Shown here piece by piece: positions 1 to 5,026 of a stretch of 5,026 bases of DNA. The DNA comes from Octopus sinensis (lineage: Eukaryota): assembly GCF_006345805.1 (NCBI RefSeq), contig NW_021830393.1, positions 1 to 5,026 on the forward strand, given 5' to 3'. Within the stretch, counting starts at the first letter, position 1. Each line of letters begins with the position of its first letter. The translations under genes were made by a program, and so were the position numbers. Under the pieces are notes generated by a model. The model ran no database searches, was not told where the DNA came from, and worked only from the letters and a program-made list of their open reading frames with translations.

Positions 1-243
1 GAACCTCTAAGTGACGGGGACGTAAACACACCAGCATCGGGTGTCAAGCAATGCTAGGGGGACAACACAGACACCAAACACATACACACACATACATAAT
101 ATATATACATATATACGACAGGCTTCTTCAGTTCCGTCTACCAAATCCCTCACAAGGCATTGGTCGGCCGGGGCTATAGTAGAAAACCCTGCCCAAGATG
201 CCACGCAGTGGGACTGAACCCGGAACCATGTGGTTGGTTAGCA
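1..243 (-). mobile_element. tRNA-derived SINE, family A (octopus-type), 5'-truncated copy running off the left window edge
   Basis: Colinear with 4361-4656, e.g. gaacctctaagtgacggggacgtaaacacaccagcatcgg vs gaaccgctaagttacgggggcgtaaacaacacaccagcatcgg, and ccacgcagtgggactgaaccc in both. Pol III B-box-like GGTTCAGTCCC on the - strand at 210-220. Internal CA/TA microsatellite at ~77-116. Similarity stops at 243, so the A-box seen in the other copy is missing. Confidence 0.9.
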
Positions 244-249
244 TCTATA

Positions 250-451
250 TGTGTGTAACTTCGTGTTTGACTCACGCCGTTGGACACTAGGTGTTGGTAC
301 TTTAAGATCTACGCATTTTAGAGCGGTTCTTACAGATGGAATAGAAACTGTCGTAAACTAACGACTAAGGTCTGTTTGATCGCATAACCCATTTCCGACA
401 CTGCCCCGCCTGGTCAAAATCCAATAAATGAGAAAAAATAAACGATAAAGA
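250..451 (+). mobile_element. Highly diverged 3' half of a family A-related SINE
   Basis: Ordered motif matches to the reverse complement of 4235-4440 and 1-60: tggacactaggtgttggt ~ ttgacaaccgatgctggt; agcggttc exact (322-329); ggtctgtttgatcg ~ ggtcgatttgctcg; tgccccgcctggtc ~ tgctccagcatggcc; A-rich tail ataaacgataaag ~ gtaaaagagtaaaag. Aligned by eye only. Confidence 0.6.
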
Positions 452-541
452 AATATGAGAATATGCTAATATGTGTGATTGTGTGTGTATGATCATGTTC
501 ATGTATTACGTAATTACATATACATCAAATCATATGTATGG

Positions 542-563
542 ATATATATATATATATATATAT
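542..563. repeat. (TA)n microsatellite, left flank of SINE B
   Basis: Direct reading; a matching degenerate (TA)n tract lies at 885-915. Confidence 0.95.
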
Positions 564-566
564 GTG

Positions 567-883
567 AGGGCGCGTGGCTTAGTGGTAGGGCTTCGGCTCA
601 TGATCGTAAGGTTTGAGTTCGATTCCCGGCGACGCGTTGTGTCCTGAGCAAGACACTTTATTTCACGTTGCTCCAGTCCACTCAGCTGGCAAAAATGAGT
701 TGTACTTGTATTTCAAAGGGTCAGCCTTGTCACTCTCTGTGTCACGCTGATTATCCCGAGAACTACGTTAAGGGTACACGTGTCTGTGGAATGCTCAGCC
801 ATTTGCACGTTAATTTCACACGAGCAAGCTGTTCCGTTGATCGTATCATCTGGGACCTCGTCGTCGTAACCGGCGGAGTCTTT
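567..883 (+). mobile_element. tRNA-derived SINE, family B, apparently full length
   Basis: A box TGGCTTAGTGG (575-585) and B box GTTCGATTC (617-625) at tRNA-like spacing. Followed by tgtgtcctgagcaagacacttta (638-660), which resembles the conserved CCTTG(G/A)GCAAG-N-CACTT post-tRNA motif of CORE/V-type SINEs. GC-richer ~315-bp island bounded on both sides by (TA)n. Confidence 0.85.
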
Positions 884-1005
884 AATATATATTATATATA
901 TATAATATATATATAAGAATTGTATATAGTCATTACGTGACATATATACGTATAGATGAATATACATTAACACCACACACACCATGTATATAGACGCGTA
1001 TGGTC

Positions 1006-1006
<1 letters not shown>

Positions 1007-1049
<43 letters not shown>
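1007..1049. repeat. (TA)n microsatellite
   Basis: Direct reading. Confidence 0.95.
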
Positions 1050-1052
<3 letters not shown>

Positions 1053-1219
1053 TCACACTTAAACACACAAAGACATTCGCATGTATGCATAGATTACTCA
1101 CCAGTATTATCTCTATTTATAATTGTATATGTCTATGCATATAAATGCCTCCATATTTGCATTATGTGTGTGAGTGTGCGTGTATAATTATATATATATA
1201 TATATATATATAATGTATG

Positions 1220-1282
<63 letters not shown>

Positions 1283-1373
1283 GCATAGACGTATACAATT
1301 ATATAGAAAGATAATTACAGGTGAGTAATCTAAGCATACATGCGAATGTTTTTTCGTGTTTAAGTGTGAATGT
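1049..1373. repeat. Long inverted repeat (arms 1049-1140 and 1281-1373) with a 140-bp TA/TG-rich spacer; foldback/MITE-like
   Basis: Left arm acattcacacttaaacac...gtctatgcat vs the reverse complement of atgcatagac...gtgtttaagtgtgaatgt gives 83 matches in 93 columns by hand (9 mismatches, 1 gap). Confidence 0.95.
1188..1280. repeat. Interrupted (TA)n microsatellite forming most of the inverted-repeat spacer
   Basis: Direct reading. Confidence 0.95.
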
Positions 1374-1435
1374 GTGTGTGTTTTGAATACGTTGAATGTA
1401 TAATTATGTGTTATGTGTACTTCTGTAGAAGGAAT

Positions 1436-1451
1436 GAGAGAGAGAGAGAGA
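1436..1451. repeat. (GA)n microsatellite
   Basis: Direct reading. Confidence 0.9.
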
Positions 1452-1854
1452 TGATATAGCCATACACCAATATATATATATGTGATTATTAGCTAATTTA
1501 ATTAATTAATTACGTTAAAAAAATTTCCATTTGCGTAAACAAATTAGTTGATTTAATGTTTTTATTTCTTTCTTTAATTTCTTTTTTTTCTTCTTTTTTT
1601 TTGCTGTATACATTTCCTCTTCAATTATGTATCAAAATATCACCAATTAATTAGAACTTCACGTTAACTACTTGGAGGAGAGATCACTGTATCGAATCTG
1701 TGACGGATAATACCGTTTGGATAACGATTATGGTGTTTTTCATTTGTCTTGCAAGTGGAATACGAAGTGCCAGAGCCTTTTAGTATCAACTATCTGAGTT
1801 TATTTCATATTAAACAAATCTAATATGTATTGAAGTTATTTCTTCCAAGAATCA

Positions 1855-2030
1855 TGCTATGATGCTTCTAGACACATCATCTGTGATGATTTCTTGGGTG
1901 CTTCAGGCCCCATGCCCCAGCATGAGTCCAGTTCGCACTATCGCATGTAGCATTACCTTTCCAGAAACTCGAACCTCCTGATCTACTGCCAACTCGAGGC
2001 AACCTCTGCTGCTTCCACGACGAATCTCAT
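1855..2030 (-). mobile_element. Decayed 3' end of a HERO-like (RLE-type, R2 group) non-LTR retrotransposon
   Basis: The minus frame from 2030 reads MRFVVEAAEVASSWQ*IRRFEFLER* (stop 1955-1953). This resembles the recalled C-terminal EAAEkASxWLWIkR motif of HERO ORFs, with TAG at the W position (1985-1983). The downstream gaagcacccaagaaatcatcacagatgatgtgtctagaagcatc resembles the recalled HERO 3' UTR end (catcactgatgatgtgtcc...gcatc). Confidence 0.55.
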
Positions 2031-2062
2031 TAAAAAGTGATTCAATATTATGGACAGAGAGA

Positions 2063-2090
2063 AGGCAGCGAGCTGGCAGAACCGTTAGCA
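2063..2090 (+). mobile_element. Isolated 5' head stub (A-box region) of SINE family C
   Basis: aggcagcgagctggcagaaccgttagca resembles the 5' end of the 3033-3231 element (tggcgaccggctagctgaatcgttagct) and the recalled start of an octopus SINE. Similarity ends abruptly at 2090. Confidence 0.55.
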
Positions 2091-2274
2091 AGAGCATACA
2101 CGCGGAAGTGTCACTGAAGAGGTCACAGATGTGTGATGAAAGATTTCCGGACACTGGACATGAGTGAAAATTAGAACAGTACTAAAAGAGTGGAGAACGA
2201 ATATACAATGTGTGTGTTTATTTGGGAGAAAAGGATTGACCATCCCGAAATCCAAAATCTGTTTCAACACATGG

Positions 2275-2381
2275 AGTGTCTGTGAGAGTGCGCGTGCGTG
2301 AATGTTTCTCTGTGTATGTACGTGTGTGCATGAACGTGTCTGAGTGTCTGTGTATCTGTGTGTATGTGTGTGTGTGTGTGT
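2275..2381. repeat. Degenerate (TG)n microsatellite
   Basis: Direct reading; purest at ~2365-2381. Confidence 0.85.
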
Positions 2382-2552
2382 ATAGTGGATCACGACAGAC
2401 GTTTCTGCGTGGCTCATCAGCTTTAAGTTGCCGGCTTCATATTCATAAGGCATTATGTGAGATTACTCTAAATAATTGCTATGTATTTGAATGCTATTCA
2501 ACAACAGCTGTGTGTGCTTGCTTCAGCGGGTGAAGTTCGATTAAGAACTGCT

Positions 2553-2696
2553 AGAGATAGACAGATTGATAGATAGATAGAGAAAAAAAGAGAGAGAGAG
2601 AGAGAGAGAGAGGAGGGAGAGCGAGACAGACTGGCAGACAGATACAGAGAGAGACAGACAGTGACAGACTGACAGACAGAGACAAACAGACAGATA
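2553..2696. repeat. Compound (GATA)n/(GA)n/(GACA)n microsatellite
   Basis: Direct reading; strongly purine-biased + strand. Confidence 0.9.
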
Positions 2697-3032
2697 GGCA
2701 AATGCATACATTTTTAAAATGACTGGGATTCTTACGATCAAAAGCCTACTTGATCAGGGTTGTCCTTGAACAAAGCAACAGAATAATAATTCTATATTGT
2801 ACCAGATGTGCACACCATCACCATTCTGTCTTCCACTTGTCTGCTTCAGCACAAATCAAAACATCTGACAATTTCCTTTCTAATCGAATATTCCAGATAA
2901 CTTTATAACTGTTTACTAAACCAAACGCGGCGAAAGTTTTTAATTTGGCAGTTAAACTCATTCAGTCGGCGTTATCTTATCAAAACATCCATGATTAGAT
3001 GTTCTGGTAGATTCTTAATGACTTACTTTATA

Positions 3033-3231
3033 CTGGTTTCAAATTTCGGCACGAGGCCAGCAAATCGATTAAATCGACCCCAGTGATCGACTGATACCTA
3101 TTTTATCGACCCTGAAAGGAGTAAAGACAACGTTGACCTCAGCAGAATTCGAACTCATAAGGTAAAGACGGACGAAATATTGCTAAGCAATTTTGCCCGT
3201 CGAGCTAACGATTCAGCTAGCCGGTCGCCAC
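3033..3231 (-). mobile_element. tRNA-derived SINE, family C (octopus-type), near full length with a probable decayed TSD
   Basis: On the minus strand: A-box-like TAGCTGAATCG (3219-3209), B box GTTCGAATTC (3154-3145), then cctttcagggtcgataaaataggtatcagt...ctggggtcgatttaatcga...gcctcgtgccgaaatttgaaacc. Flanks aatgacttactttata (3017-3032) and aatgacttcctctgta (3232-3247) match at 13/16. Confidence 0.85.
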
Positions 3232-3340
3232 AATGACTTCCTCTGTATTTCATTTCCAATGACTTATCCCTCTATGATCGTTTCGATTTCTAATAATATG
3301 TTTTCTAATATGTATGCATGTCTTACAAAGAAGAATTGGA

Positions 3341-3760
3341 GGATCTTTTCGGTTTGAACGGCAGTTTTTCTGGCGGTGTCATATGAAATTGTCACTCATA
3401 ATTATGACCTTAGTATCGATCTATTGCATTTCAATCTGTTTTAGGGTTAGGGTTAGTTAGGATTAGGGTGGGTGTGGGGAGGGTATCTTTTTTTTCTTCA
3501 CAAATGTAAATAAACCCAATTTGTTTCTTAAACGAGGGACATATTCATAAGGCACAGAATGTTTTCACCTTAATAGACGTCGGTGATTGGTTGAAATTGC
3601 AGAAATTGAAGAAAGAAAAAAACAACAAATATCTTACAAACTATAGAATTTTCTCAATAAAGCCAAGAGAAAAAGATGTTTTATTTTGACACATTCTACC
3701 AGTATACGAAGTTTAAAAGTGTTTAGCTACGTGGAAATTATTTTAAAAAACTGTCGTTCA
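3341..3760. mobile_element. Non-autonomous DNA transposon/MITE-like element with terminal inverted repeats (right end probably clipped) and internal telomere-like repeats
   Basis: tgaacggcagttttt (3355-3369) and aaaaactgtcgttca (3746-3760) are 14/15 inverted complements. There is no coding capacity. The left boundary at ggatcttttcggtt (3341) is from recollection of similar octopus repeats; its counterpart is absent on the right. Confidence 0.7.
3441..3468 (+). repeat. Short degenerate (TTAGGG)n tract
   Basis: TTAGGG TTAGGG TTAG TTAGGA TTAGGG, followed by TGGGTGTGGGGAGGG up to 3484. Confidence 0.9.
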
Positions 3761-4182
3761 TTATTACAAATGTCTCCGTTTAAATAGTTCGAAACATAAC
3801 GTTACCAGTCAGTGCCATCGCCCTTACGTACATTAACATCGTAAATAAATATTTATACATAATAGCTTAGTCAAATAAAGTGCACAAGTATTTATTTTCG
3901 TCTTTTGGATTTTTTCCTTTTTTTTTTTGGCGGGTGTGGGATAGGTTCATCAAGTGGTATTAGGTCTCTTATACGATATAGAAAAACGCATATGGCTCCC
4001 GCGATGGAATTCGGATAACAACTAGGTAGCTAAGTGTCGTATGTTAACACTCGTTGCTGGTGCTTATGTACGTGATATCACCAATGTTTATTTATTTCGT
4101 TACCTTTGCTTTATCGTTTATTCTATGTATGTATGAATGGATGGATTGATGCACGCACAAACATACAAACATTCACATAGAC

Positions 4183-4189
4183 ATATATA

Positions 4190-4235
<46 letters not shown>
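4183..4235. repeat. (TA)n microsatellite abutting the SINE A tail
   Basis: Direct reading. Confidence 0.95.
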
Positions 4236-4468
4236 CTTTTACTCTTTTACTTATTTCAGTATTGACTGCGGCCATGCTGGAGCACCTCCCTTTAGTCGAG
4301 CAAATCGACCTCAGGATTTATTCTTTGTAAAAATAGTACTTATCTATCGGTCATTTTGCCGAACCGCTAAGTTACGGGGGCGTAAACAACACACCAGCAT
4401 CGGTTGTCAAGCGATGTTTGGGGGGGACAAACATAGACACACAACATATACATACACATAATATATAT

Positions 4469-4523
<55 letters not shown>

Positions 4524-4687
4524 CGACGGGCTTCTTTCAGTTTCCGTCAACCAAAACCACTCACAAGGCTTTGGTCGCCCCGAGACTATAGTAGAAGACA
4601 GTTGCCCAAAGTACCACGCAGTGGGACTGAACCCGCAACCATGTGGTTTGTAAGCAAGCTACTTACCACACAGTCACTCTTACGCCT
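4235..4687 (-). mobile_element. tRNA-derived SINE, family A, full-length copy with an internal (TA)n expansion
   Basis: The minus strand starts aggcgtaagagtgactgtgtggtaag. A-box-like TGACTGTGTGG (4676-4666), B-box-like GGTTCAGTCCC (4633-4623), then tttgggcaactgtcttctac. Internal (TA)n at ~4460-4516. The 3' tail ends in the short tandem gtaaaaga gtaaaaga. A second copy lies at 1-243. Confidence 0.92.
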
Positions 4688-4798
4688 ATAAATTGCAAAA
4701 AAAAATGACATTCTTATTCTATGCTAATTTAGTTATTGTAAAAGAAAAATTTAAATGTAATAAAATCTGTTTAATGAAATTTAAATTACCTATGTGAT

Positions 4799-4829
4799 AA
4801 CTGTAAACCTAATTTAGGGCCACCCTGTA
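4799..4829 (-). mobile_element. Solitary Tc1/mariner-type terminal inverted repeat with TA target dinucleotide
   Basis: The minus strand reads TA|CAGGGTGGCCCTAAATTAGGTTTACAGTT. TA-CAGGGTG is a typical Tc1/mariner-family terminus. AT-rich putative interior at 4690-4798. No partner TIR in the window. Confidence 0.55.
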
Positions 4830-4830
4830 T

Positions 4831-5026
4831 ATCCATCCATCAAGTTTCGACATCTGCTGTTCCAGGTAGAATTTTGGGGATAGAATCCTCAGGTACCTCG
4901 TCCATAGGGTCCTATCAGAAACTAACGTGCTACATTTTCCCGTTGTTTTACCAAGTGTGATCAAATGAGACTAAAAATATTCTCCAACCATTTCGATTTT
5001 GGTCTACCCCTAGGTCTCTTGGTAGT
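4831..5026 (-). mobile_element. Decayed 3' end of an RTE-clade LINE (Expander/Rex3-like), continuing beyond the right edge
   Basis: The minus frame from 5026 reads TTKRPRGRPKSKWLENIFSLI*SHLVKQRENVAR*, then after a frameshift LVSDRTLWTRYLRILSP. This matches the RTE C-terminal pattern KRPRGRPrtrW...W..L.......DR..W...L..L.P. It ends in a GATGGATGGAT tail (4841-4831), typical of Rex3/Expander elements. Confidence 0.8.

Noticed and set aside
568-640. Possible tRNA gene
   Set aside because: A and B boxes are present, but I could not build a convincing cloverleaf, and the sequence continues into a SINE body.
984-1014. Small hairpin atatagac/gtctatat
   Set aside because: An 8-bp core of mostly TA sequence is expected by chance in this context.
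7-1187. ORFs 7..204, 668..916, 713..1090 and 984..1187
   Set aside because: They lie in SINEs and (TA)n/(TG)n tracts; the YI/CV-repeat translations are microsatellite artefacts.
1490-1660. AT-rich palindromes (ttaattaattaa) and a polypyrimidine tract
   Set aside because: Low complexity; no supportable downstream exon.
1903-2154. 83-aa minus-strand ORF
   Set aside because: No recognisable domain. It crosses a SINE stub, and the meaningful LINE-like peptide is in a different frame.
2085-2741. ORFs 2085..2453, 2276..2533, 2498..2707 and 2541..2741
   Set aside because: HT/CV/SL low-complexity translations of TG and GA microsatellites.
2755-2770. cagggttgtcc as partner TIR for the 4799-4827 end
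   Set aside because: Matches only the first few bases and lacks the flanking TA.
3441-3468. True telomere or chromosome-fusion scar
   Set aside because: Only ~4 degenerate units, no head-to-head arrangement, and embedded inside a TIR element.
1-5026. CRISPR array, prokaryotic operon or novel multi-gene system
   Set aside because: No regularly spaced repeat-spacer units and no credible intact CDS; the content is eukaryotic repeat DNA.

Overview
AT-rich, microsatellite-dense eukaryotic non-coding DNA (intronic or intergenic). It is most likely from an octopus or other coleoid cephalopod; this is inferred from recalled SINE sequences, not from a database search. No host protein-coding gene is supportable, and all ORFs in the track are microsatellite or SINE read-throughs. 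The window is a mosaic of transposon relics. There are three tRNA-derived SINE families: family A at 1-243(-), 4235-4687(-) and an old copy at ~250-451(+); family B at 567-883(+); family C at 3033-3231(-) with a head stub at 2063-2090(+). There is also a MITE-like element with internal TTAGGG repeats (3341-3760), a solitary Tc1/mariner-type end (~4799-4829), and two decayed LINE 3' ends missed by the ORF track: HERO-like at ~1855-2030(-) and RTE/Expander-like at 4831-5026(-). The most striking unexplained structure is a ~92-bp, ~89%-identical inverted repeat (1049-1140 / 1281-1373) around a (TA)n spacer. I see no evidence for a new multi-gene system.
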